Part shown: positions 34,245 through 42,783 of the stretch, piece after piece
How the letters are laid out: the number at the start of each line of letters is the position of its first letter
Numbering within the stretch: position 1 is the first letter of the stretch
Source: Candidatus Eiseniibacteriota bacterium
GTDB taxonomy: Bacteria; Chloroflexota; Dormibacteria; Dormibacterales; Dormibacteraceae
DNA length: 59,091 bases
Direction of reading: 5' to 3'
NCBI GenBank assembly: GCA_035601515.1
Contig: DATNOD010000001.1
Location: forward strand, 1-59,091
The notes under the pieces: model-generated
Database searches by the model: none
Told to the model about the DNA's origin: nothing
What the model saw: the letters and a program-made list of their open reading frames with translations, nothing else
Position numbers and translations under genes: made by a program

Positions 34245-34374
34245 GCGAGTCTATCCCGCGAGGCGTCTTGGCCGGTGTGGGCCTGAAGGGACGGCAACCG
34301 TCACAGAATTTTTTTGCGAAATTGCGAAAACGGATGGTTTCCGAGACGAGCGATACCGCATAGAATCTCTCCCC

Positions 34375-34713
34375 ATGGTCGGTGGGGGTCTCGACTACAG
34401 CGCGCCCTTTCAACGCGCTATCGAGCTGATAGGGAAGCGCTGGACCGGGGCCGTCGTCAAAGCCTTGCTCCCAGGACCTGCGCGGTTCAACCAGCTGCTC
34501 GCGGGCATACCCGGAATCAGTGATCGAGTGCTCACCGAGCGATTGCGCGAGCTGGAGACCGAGGGCATCGTCGAGCGGCTCGTAGATCCCGGGCCGCCGG
34601 TGCGCGTGAGCTACAGACTCACCTCGCGTGGCCGCGCGCTGCAGCCGGTGCTGGCCGCGATCGCGGACTGGGCTGAGAGTTGGCTCGTGACCGCCGCGGC
34701 CGCCGTCGGCTGA
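34375..34713 (+). CDS. HxlR-type winged-helix transcriptional regulator
   Basis: ATG 34375. IELIGKRWTGAVVKALLPGPARFNQLLAGIPGISDRVLTERLRELETEGIVER. Divergent from the SDR gene. Confidence 0.75.
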   Translation: MVGGGLDYSAPFQRAIELIGKRWTGAVVKALLPGPARFNQLLAGIPGISDRVLTERLRELETEGIVERLVDPGPPVRVSYRLTSRGRALQPVLAAIADWAESWLVTAAAAVG

Positions 34714-34893
34714 GCGGGCATACGTTTATCGGGCCCTCCCTCTCCCGTTGGGCCCCTCCCCCAGCCCGACTCACCGTACGCGCCGACTCTATTCGCCTCG
34801 ACGCGGCCTCACAAGCCTGATTGTTAAGGCTTGATTCGCGGCACTAAAGGGCCCTCCTCAGCCGTCCGTACTCCGGCTGATAGGCTTTACCGA

Positions 34894-35478
34894 ATGCCGA
34901 TTGGCGACTTCCTGCGGCGCCGGCCGGACGCTCTGACCTGCCAAGCCTGCGGCTCACCTCTTCCCCCGGGCGCGATCTTCTGTCCCTCGTGTGGAGTCAG
35001 GGTCGATGACCCACAGGCCGAGCCCCTTCATATCGTCGACCGCACGACCGGCCTCTTCAACGATCGCTTCGTGCGACCTGTGCTCGAGGATGAGCTTGCA
35101 CGCGCTCATCGATACCAGCGCAACCTTGGCGTCCTTCTCATCGAGGCCAATGGCGTCGGCACAGCGGACGAAGCCCTGAAGACCATGGCTGCCGCCCTGG
35201 CTGGCACGGTTCGCGACGTCGACACTCCGGGAGTCCTCGGACGCACGCCGCCCCAATTGCTGGCGATACTCCCCGACACCGACGTCGCTGGCACGGCGCA
35301 CGCCGCCAATCGCGTTCTTTCCGCTGTCAACGAAGCCCTGAAGTCGACGGGCGGCCATGCCGCTGTCGGACTCGTCTGCATCCGTCCCGGCCAGCGTGTT
35401 CGCGCCGGAGCGGTCATCGAGAGTGCGAGCCGCTCGCTGCGTTCGGGCCGGCCCGAGATGATGGGCAAGCCCGCCTGA
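34894..35478 (+). CDS. Zinc-ribbon + degenerate GGDEF-like domain protein
   Basis: CQACGSPLPPGAIFCPSCG ribbon. DRTTGLFNDRF...ARAHRYQRNLGVLLIE resembles the GGDEF fold, but the GGDEF position reads GRTPPQLLAILPDTD. Confidence 0.55.
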   Translation: MPIGDFLRRRPDALTCQACGSPLPPGAIFCPSCGVRVDDPQAEPLHIVDRTTGLFNDRFVRPVLEDELARAHRYQRNLGVLLIEANGVGTADEALKTMAAALAGTVRDVDTPGVLGRTPPQLLAILPDTDVAGTAHAANRVLSAVNEALKSTGGHAAVGLVCIRPGQRVRAGAVIESASRSLRSGRPEMMGKPA

Positions 35479-36041
35479 CGCTCGACATCTACCTCGTTCG
35501 GCACGGCGAGACGCAGTGGAGCCTCTCCGGCCAGCACACAGGAGTCACCGATCTTGCCCTCACGGCCCAGGGCGAAGCCGAAGCCCGCGCCCTCGGTGCG
35601 CGGCTCAGTGGATTGACCTTCGATGCTGTTCTCTCCAGCCCCCTTCAGCGGGCCTGGCGCACGGCCGAGATCGCCGGTTTCCCGGACCCGACGCTGACGC
35701 CACTGCTCCGCGAAATCGATTACGGCGAGTACGAAGGGATCACAACCGCGGACATTCACGAACGGCAGCCAGGCTGGGAGCTGTTCAAAGACGGATGTCC
35801 CGGTGGGGAGACCCCCGCTCAGGTCTATGCCCGCGCGCTCGGGTTCATCAGCCTGTGTGAGGCTGCCGGCGGCCGCGTGCTCGCGTTTGCCCACGGCCAC
35901 ATCCTTCGAGCGGTCGCTGTCGCCTGGCTCGAGCTCGACATCACAGTCGCCGCGCGCCTGCAGCTCGACGTGGCCACGCTGAGCCGTATTCAGCAGGACC
36001 CTGAGCACGGCCGCCTGCTCGCCATGTGGAACTCGCCATAG
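35475..36041 (+). CDS. Histidine phosphatase family protein (phosphoglycerate mutase-like)
   Basis: LDIYLVRHGETQWS (RHG motif) lies upstream of the track start (TTG 35613). The only nearby in-frame candidate is CTG 35475, overlapping the upstream TGA. Start uncertain. Confidence 0.6.
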   Translation: MTLDIYLVRHGETQWSLSGQHTGVTDLALTAQGEAEARALGARLSGLTFDAVLSSPLQRAWRTAEIAGFPDPTLTPLLREIDYGEYEGITTADIHERQPGWELFKDGCPGGETPAQVYARALGFISLCEAAGGRVLAFAHGHILRAVAVAWLELDITVAARLQLDVATLSRIQQDPEHGRLLAMWNSP

Positions 36042-36050
36042 GTAGCGGCG

Positions 36051-36398
36051 TCAGCGCCTTCGGCGCAGGCTCCAGGGGCGGCTTCGGACTCCGGGCAGGC
36101 CGGCGAACACCAGGTACGCCGACGTCTCGACGTCCGCTCGATACGTATGCCGCTCCCCCGGGTTGATGAGCAGCATCTCTCCGACGCCGACCTCGCCTCG
36201 CTTCAACCCGTCGTCGAAATGCAGGCGGCCCTCGGTCACGATCAACGCCACCGGGATGGCGTTTCGGTGCTCGGGCACGTTTTGCCCCGGTTCCAGTCGC
36301 AGTCCGACCACTCGCATCGATCCACAGTCGGCGATCTGCTCGAAACCAAATGCGCGACGACTCTCGCCCGGGCCTGTCGATGACACTCGCGATATCAT
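36051..36398 (-). CDS. Cupin domain protein
   Basis: 115 aa. GQNVPEHRNAIPVALIVTEGRLHF...NPGERHTY cupin-2-like motifs. Confidence 0.55.
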   Translation of the reverse strand: MISRVSSTGPGESRRAFGFEQIADCGSMRVVGLRLEPGQNVPEHRNAIPVALIVTEGRLHFDDGLKRGEVGVGEMLLINPGERHTYRADVETSAYLVFAGLPGVRSRPWSLRRRR

Positions 36399-37110
36399 GC
36401 CGCCCTCCGCGAGGCCTCAACATCGACGCGTGGAGATCGTTCACGCCACGGGGCTCGAGGGCGCTCGCAACGCCAAGGGTGTTGTCGTCGTCATCGACGT
36501 GCTGCGCTCCTTCACCGTCAGCGCTTACGCTCTTGCAGGCGGGGCTCGCGAATGCCTCCTCGTCTCCACTGTCGACGATGCACGCGAGCTCGCAAACCAA
36601 ATTCCCGACTCAACGATCTGCGCAGAGGAGAACGCGCTTCCCGTCCCCGGGATCGCGATCAGCAACTCGCCGACACAGGTCGCGGCAGCGCGCGTGCGAG
36701 GCAGGACGCTCATCCAGCGCTCGACCGCCGGCACTCCGGTCATAAGCGCTGTCAAATCTGACGAGGGCATCTTCGCTGGGAGTCTGGTCGTCGCCAGGGC
36801 GACGGCACAAGCCTGCCTGTTAAGGCGCCCGGATACGGTCACCCTGATCGCGTCGGCCGACTTTCCCGAAGACCATGCGTGCGCCAAGTTCATCGAGGCG
36901 GCGTTGCAAGGCCGGCACATCGATCTCGAACCGCTCCTGCAGCCGCTGCGCGAGAGCGATCGCTATCGGAAGGTCATGGCCGGCGAGTGGCCTGGCTTTC
37001 CGGCCACAGACATCGAGCTGGCGATGTCGGTGGACCGCTTCGACTTCGCGATGCCGGCCACCAGGCGCGATGGCCACGTCATCTTGAACGCACGCTTTCC
37101 GCTCCGTTGA
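36397..37110 (+). CDS. 2-phosphosulfolactate phosphatase (ComB) family protein
   Basis: VVVIDVLRSFTVSAYAL and NSPT motifs typical of the ComB family. Start ATG 36397 or GTG 36430. Confidence 0.6.
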   Translation: MPPSARPQHRRVEIVHATGLEGARNAKGVVVVIDVLRSFTVSAYALAGGARECLLVSTVDDARELANQIPDSTICAEENALPVPGIAISNSPTQVAAARVRGRTLIQRSTAGTPVISAVKSDEGIFAGSLVVARATAQACLLRRPDTVTLIASADFPEDHACAKFIEAALQGRHIDLEPLLQPLRESDRYRKVMAGEWPGFPATDIELAMSVDRFDFAMPATRRDGHVILNARFPLR

Positions 37111-37123
37111 ACGTCTTATTGCT

Positions 37124-37618
37124 TTGGGGGCCGTGCGTATTTACCTCGTTGCCGGCATCACGCTGGCTGTGTTCGCAGCCGGTTGCAGCTCGCCTCGAGA
37201 GAGCTCATCCGCGGGCCAGTTCACCTCCTGTGTGAACGGCGCCGCCGCGCACCACGCTTATGTCGTCGTCGAGCATCTTTCCGGCGAGTTTCTCCAGCGC
37301 TGCATCGGGTTCGACAGCTCAGAGATAGACGGCCAAACTCTCATGGATCAATCTGGCATTCAATATGGGGCGCATACTCTAACCTCGGGCAAAGCGGTTT
37401 GCCAGGTCGACCACGAACCCCAGCAATACAGCCAGTGTTTCCCACAGAACCAGCCCTACTGGGCCCTGTTTGTTGAGACGAACGGCAAGTGGGCCAGCGC
37501 TGCGGGCGGTATCACGGACACGAAGCTGCACGACGCCGACGCGCTGGGATGGCACTACGTTTCCGCCGGCGACTCCTCTCCGGCACCGCCGCCGCTCCCG
37601 CATCCCGCGGCGGAGTAG
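37124..37618 (+). CDS. Lipoprotein, DUF4430-like (transcobalamin-like fold) domain
   Basis: Lipobox VFAAGC. C-terminal PYWALFVETNGKWASAAGGITDTKLHDADALGWHYV resembles DUF4430. Start TTG 37124 or GTG 37133. Confidence 0.45.
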   Translation: MGAVRIYLVAGITLAVFAAGCSSPRESSSAGQFTSCVNGAAAHHAYVVVEHLSGEFLQRCIGFDSSEIDGQTLMDQSGIQYGAHTLTSGKAVCQVDHEPQQYSQCFPQNQPYWALFVETNGKWASAAGGITDTKLHDADALGWHYVSAGDSSPAPPPLPHPAAE

Positions 37619-37636
37619 CCAGCAGCTAGGGCGCCA

Positions 37637-38203
37637 TCAGAAATCGATCCCGCGAATCGCGCGGACACCGCGATCGAACGCGTGCTTCACATTCCTCATC
37701 TCAGTCACCGTGTCCGCGAGGTCGATCAGCTCCGCCGGCGCATCGCGGCCCGTGGCGATGATGTTCACCGACGGGGGCCGATTGCGGATCACATCGATCA
37801 CATCCGATATCGGAATCCAGCCCCAGTTCATGGGATACGTGATCTCGTCGAGCACGACCAGACCGTAAGCGCCCGACCGGATCTTCTGCTTGCTCACGGT
37901 CCAGGCGTGGCGGGCGATCGCCTCCGTGCGGTCCATGTTCTTGCTGTCCCAGGTGAAGCCGTCCCCGATCGTCAGCCATTCGACGCCCAGGCTGGTCGCC
38001 GCCTTCTCCTCGCCCACCTTCCATTTCCCTGACTTGACGAATTGGATGATGCACACCTTCCAGCCACGCGCCACCGCGCGCATGGCGGTCCCGAACGCGG
38101 CGGTCGACTTTCCCTTTCCGTCGCCGGTGTTCACTATCACGATCGAGGGCGCCCTCTTGGTTGCGCGCGCCGGCCCTTCAGTTGGAACGTTTTGCGGTTC
38201 CAT
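37637..38203 (-). CDS. cobO: Cob(I)yrinic acid a,c-diamide / cob(I)alamin adenosyltransferase (CobA/CobO/BtuR type)
   Basis: VNTGDGKGKSTAAFG P-loop, IQFVKSG, LVVLDEITY, ATGRDAP, MRNVKHAFD. Confidence 0.85.
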   Translation of the reverse strand: MEPQNVPTEGPARATKRAPSIVIVNTGDGKGKSTAAFGTAMRAVARGWKVCIIQFVKSGKWKVGEEKAATSLGVEWLTIGDGFTWDSKNMDRTEAIARHAWTVSKQKIRSGAYGLVVLDEITYPMNWGWIPISDVIDVIRNRPPSVNIIATGRDAPAELIDLADTVTEMRNVKHAFDRGVRAIRGIDF

Positions 38204-38259
38204 TGGTGCGGACCCGAATGCTAGTCGAGGGAGCCTTCGCGCCGTGTCCGCTTACACAG

Positions 38260-38280
38260 GGCTCAGATCGAGGCTGAGCC
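38260..38280 (-). terminator. Candidate stem-loop terminator after the tandem GlsB genes
   Basis: GGCTCAG (38260-38266) / CTGAGCC (38274-38280), 7-bp stem with 7-nt loop abutting the stop codon. No clear U-tract. Confidence 0.3.
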
Positions 38281-38600
38281 TATGTCCAGGAGCGGCGCCG
38301 AGCCCCGCCACCGGCAAACAGGCGCACGACCAGGAGCAGGATCACCGCGCCCGCGAACGCCACGACCATCTCGCTGATGATCGGGTGGCCGATCACCTGC
38401 ACGTTGATGTGGAAAACGCTCGCGAGAAAGCCACCGATGAACGCGCCGATGATCCCGACGACGATGTCGCCGAAAAGCCCCAACCCGTGGCCCAACGCGA
38501 CGCGGCTGGCGAGAAAGCCCGCCACCAACCCGACGAGACACCAGATCAGGATCGTGTCCAGATCGAGGTTGATCGTGGAACCGTTGATGGTAATGGCCAT
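38280..38600 (-). CDS. GlsB/YeaQ/YmgE family membrane protein
   Basis: ILIWCLVGLVAGFLASRVALGHGLGLFGDIVVGIIGAFIGGFLA. Tandem paralog of 38649-38942. Confidence 0.75.
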   Translation of the reverse strand: MAITINGSTINLDLDTILIWCLVGLVAGFLASRVALGHGLGLFGDIVVGIIGAFIGGFLASVFHINVQVIGHPIISEMVVAFAGAVILLLVVRLFAGGGARRRSWT

Positions 38601-38648
38601 GTTTCGTCCTCCCTATTACTGGAAGAACGCACAGCCGGCCGCGTTTCC

Positions 38649-38942
38649 CTACTCGTGCCTCCGGCCGCCGAATCCGATCATCCTCAAGAGGAACAAGAGG
38701 ATCACGGCACCCACGAACGCAACCACCATCGCCGTGATCAGCGGGTGTCCGGTGATCTGAAAGTTGATCTTGAAGACCTGGGCGAGTATGCCTCCGAGGA
38801 ACGCGCCGAGCACGCCGGCCACGAGGTCGCCCAGCAAGCCCAAGCCGTGGCCAAGCGCGACCCGGCTGGCGAGCGCTCCGGCGACAAGGCCGACGAGTAC
38901 CCAAACGAGGATCGTGTCGACGTCGAGGCGGATGTCAATCAC
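38649..38942 (-). CDS. GlsB/YeaQ/YmgE family membrane protein
   Basis: ILVWVLVGLVAGALASRVALGHGLGLLGDLVAGVLGAFLGGILA. GTG start after AAGGGAG. Confidence 0.75.
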   Translation of the reverse strand: MIDIRLDVDTILVWVLVGLVAGALASRVALGHGLGLLGDLVAGVLGAFLGGILAQVFKINFQITGHPLITAMVVAFVGAVILLFLLRMIGFGGRRHE

Positions 38943-38982
38943 TTCATCGACTCCCTTCTAAACGAAAGACTGCCTAGGAAGA

Positions 38983-40347
38983 TCATGCGGCTTTGGCCGC
39001 CAGTTCCTGCAGCACAGCGCCCAGAACCCGGTTGAACGCTGGGAAGGGATGGATCACATCGGCCAGTGTGCGCAGCGGGGTGCCGGCCTTCAACGCCAGC
39101 ACCAGCTCACCGAGGATCTCCCCCGCCCGCGGCGTCACGAGCGTCGCCCCGATCAAGACGCCGCGATCGCGGTCGGCGACCAGCTTGAGCGCCCCGTCGT
39201 GGAAATCGTGGATATAGCCGCGCGCGGTTTCGGCGGGATCGGCTGAGGCGGTGATGACGTTCAATCCGTGCTCCCTGGCGGCGGCCTCGGAGATTCCGAC
39301 CGACGCGACCTCGGGGTCGGTGAAGGTCACCCGCGGCACCGCGGAGTGGTCGGCATGAGCATCTTCACCACGCAGGCGGCGGGCAACGATTTGACCGTGG
39401 TAGAAGGCGAGGTGCGTGAAGCCGCCGATGCCGGTCACATCGCCCGCGCCGAAAACACCGACCCGGGCCTCGAGGGTTGCGGGGTCCACCTTGAGCCAGC
39501 CGCGATCGGTTTGCTGCAGACCTGCTCCCTGCCAGGCCTCGAAATTCGCCCGTCTGCCGGTGGCGACCAACAAACGCTCGGCGTGCAGAGTCGCCCCGGA
39601 CTTGAAGGTCACGATCACACCTCCGCTTTCCTTCTCGACCCCGGCGACCGGATCGCCGGCGAGCAGCTGCATGCCGTCCGCGAGCAGGTGTGGCCGCAGC
39701 GCGATGGCGGCCTCCGGCTCCTCCGCGCCGAGGATGCGTGGGCCCGCCTCGATCACGGTCACCTTCGAGCCGAGCCGCGCGAACGCCTGGCCAAGCTCCA
39801 CGCCCACGGCGCCGCCGCCCAGGACGGCAAGCGATCCTGGCAGCTCGCGCGGGAGCGTCGCCTGGCGGTTGGTCCAGAAGTCGACCTTGTCGAGACCTGG
39901 GATCGGCGGGATCACGGCCGTCCCGCCGTTGGCTATCACAACCGCCTTCCGGGCGACCAGCTGCTCTCCGCCCACCTCCACGGTCCGGAGGTCGACGAGC
40001 TTGCCTGCTCCGCGCACGAGCTTGGCGCCAGTCGCCTCCATGGCCGCGGCCGGGCGGGTGTCGTCGAGGTCTCGCGCCATCCAGTAGACGCGCTTGGAGA
40101 CCTTCGGGAAATCCACGTCCCACTCGACCCACGAAGCCGCCAGAGTGCGGGCCCGCCCCGCCTCCTCGAGGGTCTCACCAGACCGCAACAACGTCTTCGA
40201 CGGTATGCAGCCCCAGTAAGGACATTCGCCGCCAACGAGCTCGCGTTCGACAACTGCGAGGCTCAGCCCGCTGCCCTGGAGTCCGCCGGCGATCGCCTCT
40301 CCGGCGACACCGCCGCCGAGGCACACGACGTCAAATTCCTGCGGCAA
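38983..40347 (-). CDS. FAD-dependent pyridine nucleotide-disulfide oxidoreductase (dihydrolipoamide dehydrogenase/mercuric reductase-like family)
   Basis: TTG 40347 after GGAGGTGA. FDVVCLGGGVAGE dinucleotide fold. Redox-active CPYWGC (C-x4-C) followed by IPSK. The upstream 33 codons of the track ORF overlap the ABC gene and are rejected. Confidence 0.75.
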   Translation of the reverse strand: MPQEFDVVCLGGGVAGEAIAGGLQGSGLSLAVVERELVGGECPYWGCIPSKTLLRSGETLEEAGRARTLAASWVEWDVDFPKVSKRVYWMARDLDDTRPAAAMEATGAKLVRGAGKLVDLRTVEVGGEQLVARKAVVIANGGTAVIPPIPGLDKVDFWTNRQATLPRELPGSLAVLGGGAVGVELGQAFARLGSKVTVIEAGPRILGAEEPEAAIALRPHLLADGMQLLAGDPVAGVEKESGGVIVTFKSGATLHAERLLVATGRRANFEAWQGAGLQQTDRGWLKVDPATLEARVGVFGAGDVTGIGGFTHLAFYHGQIVARRLRGEDAHADHSAVPRVTFTDPEVASVGISEAAAREHGLNVITASADPAETARGYIHDFHDGALKLVADRDRGVLIGATLVTPRAGEILGELVLALKAGTPLRTLADVIHPFPAFNRVLGAVLQELAAKAA

Positions 40348-41314
40348 CCTGATCACCTCCGCCCGCGCTCGCGCGGCGCAACGACTCCAACAGGGACGTG
40401 GCCGTGAAGGCACCGACGTAGCGGTCGCTGTCGAACACTGCGGCACGTTCGGTCGGACTGGCGAGCGCCGCCGCGAACGCTTCCGTGAGCGCGGTGCCGA
40501 GCTTGATTCGCGGCTCGCCGGGTCGCGGCTCGCCTACACGGTCGAGGGTCTGCGCGTCGATGGTGACGACGGACATCCGGCGCGCCAGTGTCTCGCTCCC
40601 CAAAAAGTCGGAAACGTACTGGCTCGCGGGACGCGTGAGTATGGCTTCGGGCGTGTCGTACTGGGCGACCTTGGCCTGCATCTCGAGCAGGCAGATGCGG
40701 TCTCCCACCAGCACCGCCTCATCGATGTCGTGCGTCACGAAGACGACCGTTTTGCGTAGCGAACGCTGGATGTTGATGAACTCATGCTGCAAGCGTTCGC
40801 GTGTGATGCGGTCGATGGCGCCGAACGGCTCGTCCATGAGAAGGATCGGCGGGTCCGCGCCCAGCGCGCGTGCGAAACCGACCCGCTGGCGCTGGCCGCC
40901 CGACAGCTGGTGCGGATAGCGGTGACGGTACTCGGCCGGGTCGAGGCCGACGAGTGTCAGGAGCTCGTTGACGCGATCGTTGATGCGCGCCTTGTCCCAG
41001 TTCCACAGCCGAGGCACCGTGCCGACGTTGTCGCCGACGGTCATATGCGGAAAGAGGCCCGTGCTCTGGATGACGTAGCCCATCTTCAAACGCAGCTGCG
41101 CGGGATCGACGCCATGGGTGTCCTGGCCGTCGACCAGTATCCGGCCCGAGTCTGGCTCGATGAGCCGGTTGATCATCCGCAGCGTCGTCGTCTTGCCGCA
41201 TCCCGATGGGCCGATCAAGACGCACGTCTGGCCGTCGGCGATGTCGAGCGAAAGGTCCATGACGGCGTTGGCCCCGCCAGGGAACCCCTTGGTGACGTGC
41301 TCCAGCCGGATCAC
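40331..41314 (-). CDS. Osmoprotectant (glycine betaine/choline/proline-type) ABC transporter ATP-binding protein with C-terminal CBS-like region
   Basis: GTG start. GPSGCGKTT, LSGGQRQRV, LLMDEPF. OpuCA/OsmV-like length and tail. Confidence 0.8.
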   Translation of the reverse strand: MIRLEHVTKGFPGGANAVMDLSLDIADGQTCVLIGPSGCGKTTTLRMINRLIEPDSGRILVDGQDTHGVDPAQLRLKMGYVIQSTGLFPHMTVGDNVGTVPRLWNWDKARINDRVNELLTLVGLDPAEYRHRYPHQLSGGQRQRVGFARALGADPPILLMDEPFGAIDRITRERLQHEFINIQRSLRKTVVFVTHDIDEAVLVGDRICLLEMQAKVAQYDTPEAILTRPASQYVSDFLGSETLARRMSVVTIDAQTLDRVGEPRPGEPRIKLGTALTEAFAAALASPTERAAVFDSDRYVGAFTATSLLESLRRASAGGGDQVAAGI

Positions 41315-41318
41315 TGCG

Positions 41319-41335
41319 TCAATTACCGTAATTGA
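41319..41335. promoter_or_regulatory. 17-bp AT-rich palindrome filling the 21-bp divergent intergenic gap
   Basis: TCAATTAC-C-GTAATTGA (8-bp arms) ends immediately before ATG 41336 and starts 4 nt beyond GTG 41314 (minus-strand start). Confidence 0.45.
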
Positions 41336-42013
41336 ATGCCGAGCGGGCTATTCCTCGACTACGTCGATCCGTGGGTCAACTGGACCTGGCTTTCGACCCA
41401 CGTCCCGCTGTTCGTGGCCGCGGTCGAGCAGCATCTCACGCTCACGGTCATCGCGGTCGCGGGTGGCCTCGCGATCTCGATTCCTCTGGGAATTGCGGCG
41501 CATCGATGGCGGTCGCTGCGCAATCCCGTGCTCGCCTTTTTCGACGTGGTCTACACGATTCCCTCGCTCGCTCTATTCGCGTTGCTCGTGCCATACACCG
41601 GATTGGGCGTCGTCACCGCCGAGATCGGGCTCATCGGCTACACCGTGTTGATCCTGGTCCGCAACCTGCTGGTCGGCCTCGAGTCGGTGTCGCCCGACGT
41701 GCTCGACGCCGCCGATGGAATGGGCTACCGGCCGCTGGCGCGACTGTTCCGTGTGGAGCTGCCACTCGCATTGCCCGCGATCTTCGCCGGCGTCCGCATC
41801 GCCACGGTCACGACGATCGGTCTGGTGACGATCACGGCGCTGATCGGGCTTGGCGGGCTCGGGCAGCTGATCGACAGAGGCTTGATCGAGAACTTCCACA
41901 CGCCACTGGTCGTTGCGACCGTGCTCTCGATCGCGCTCGCGTTGGTGGCCGACCTACTGCTCGTCGGAGCGCAGCGGCTGGCCGTCCCCTGGTCGCGGGG
42001 CGCAGCTTCATGA
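41336..42013 (+). CDS. Osmoprotectant ABC transporter permease
   Basis: 6 TM. EAA-like loop DAADGMGYRPLARLFRVELPLALP. Confidence 0.8.
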   Translation: MPSGLFLDYVDPWVNWTWLSTHVPLFVAAVEQHLTLTVIAVAGGLAISIPLGIAAHRWRSLRNPVLAFFDVVYTIPSLALFALLVPYTGLGVVTAEIGLIGYTVLILVRNLLVGLESVSPDVLDAADGMGYRPLARLFRVELPLALPAIFAGVRIATVTTIGLVTITALIGLGGLGQLIDRGLIENFHTPLVVATVLSIALALVADLLLVGAQRLAVPWSRGAAS

Positions 42014-42717
42014 GCGTCATTTCTCTGGTCGTGCAGTGGTTCGCGGATCCCGCCCATTGGAGCGGTCCAGACGGCATCCCCCAGCGACTGGTTGAGCATC
42101 TGCAGATCTCTGCCGAGTCGGTAGCGATCGGGGCTGTGATCGCCCTGCCCATCGGGATCGCTCTCGGCCACTACGGACGTTTCGGAAACGTGGCCATCAA
42201 CATCTCCAACGTCGGGCGCGCACTGCCCTCGTTCGGCGTGCTCGTCATCGCCTTCCAGGTGCTCGGCCTCGGCAACCTGCCGATCCTCGTCGCTCTTGTC
42301 GCACTGGCGATTCCCCCGATGGTCACCAACAGCTACGTCGGCCTTCGCGAGGTCGACCCCGACGTCAAAGAGGCGGCGCGGGGAATGGGCTATCGCGAGC
42401 TGGCGCAGCTGTTGCGTGTCGAGTTACCGCTCGCTGTACCGCTTGTGATGGCCGGCATCAGGACCTCTGCCGTGCAGGTGGTGGCGACGGCGACGCTGGC
42501 CGCCCTGATCGCAGGCGGCGGTTTCGGGCGGTATATCATCGACGGCTTCGCCCAGCAGGACTACACGAAATTGGCCGCGGGAGCGGTGCTCGTGGCCGCC
42601 CTGGCGATGGCCACCGAGCTCTCGCTTTCGGCTTTAGAACGGGTGCTCGTCCCACGTGGGATCCGGCTCCAGCGGGCGCCCGTCGGCCGGCGCGCGACAA
42701 CTTTCAAGACCGCATAA
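42010..42717 (+). CDS. Osmoprotectant ABC transporter permease (second subunit)
   Basis: ATG 42010 overlapping the previous stop (ATGA). EAARGMGYRELAQLLRVELPLAVP. Only this part of track ORF 41332-42717 is credible. Confidence 0.8.
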   Translation: MSVISLVVQWFADPAHWSGPDGIPQRLVEHLQISAESVAIGAVIALPIGIALGHYGRFGNVAINISNVGRALPSFGVLVIAFQVLGLGNLPILVALVALAIPPMVTNSYVGLREVDPDVKEAARGMGYRELAQLLRVELPLAVPLVMAGIRTSAVQVVATATLAALIAGGGFGRYIIDGFAQQDYTKLAAGAVLVAALAMATELSLSALERVLVPRGIRLQRAPVGRRATTFKTA

Positions 42718-42783
42718 ATGGAAGAATCAAGCCAGGCGTGCGGTTGGATCGGCAAACACACGGGTGGCAAGGAGAAGGGTTCG

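Noticed and set aside
37111-37123. Cobalamin riboswitch upstream of the DUF4430-like/cobO genes or of the MttB gene (57251-57398)
   Set aside because: The first gap is only 13 nt. In the second I saw only a 6-bp hairpin (GGTCCC-CAGGC-GGGACC) and no B12-box-like element. A covariance-model scan (Rfam RF00174) would be needed to exclude it formally.
37890-39035. 381-aa plus-strand ORF antisense to cobO and both GlsB paralogs
   Set aside because: Shadow frame. Runs through two intergenic regions of the opposite-strand genes and is dominated by Asp/Glu/Arg/His/Pro repeats.
39268-40407. 379-aa plus-strand ORF, plus several 220-255-aa ORFs overlapping the flavoprotein reductase
   Set aside because: All are alternative frames of the same GC-rich region. 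Only the minus-strand frame shows the GGGVAGE and CxxxxC flavoprotein motifs.
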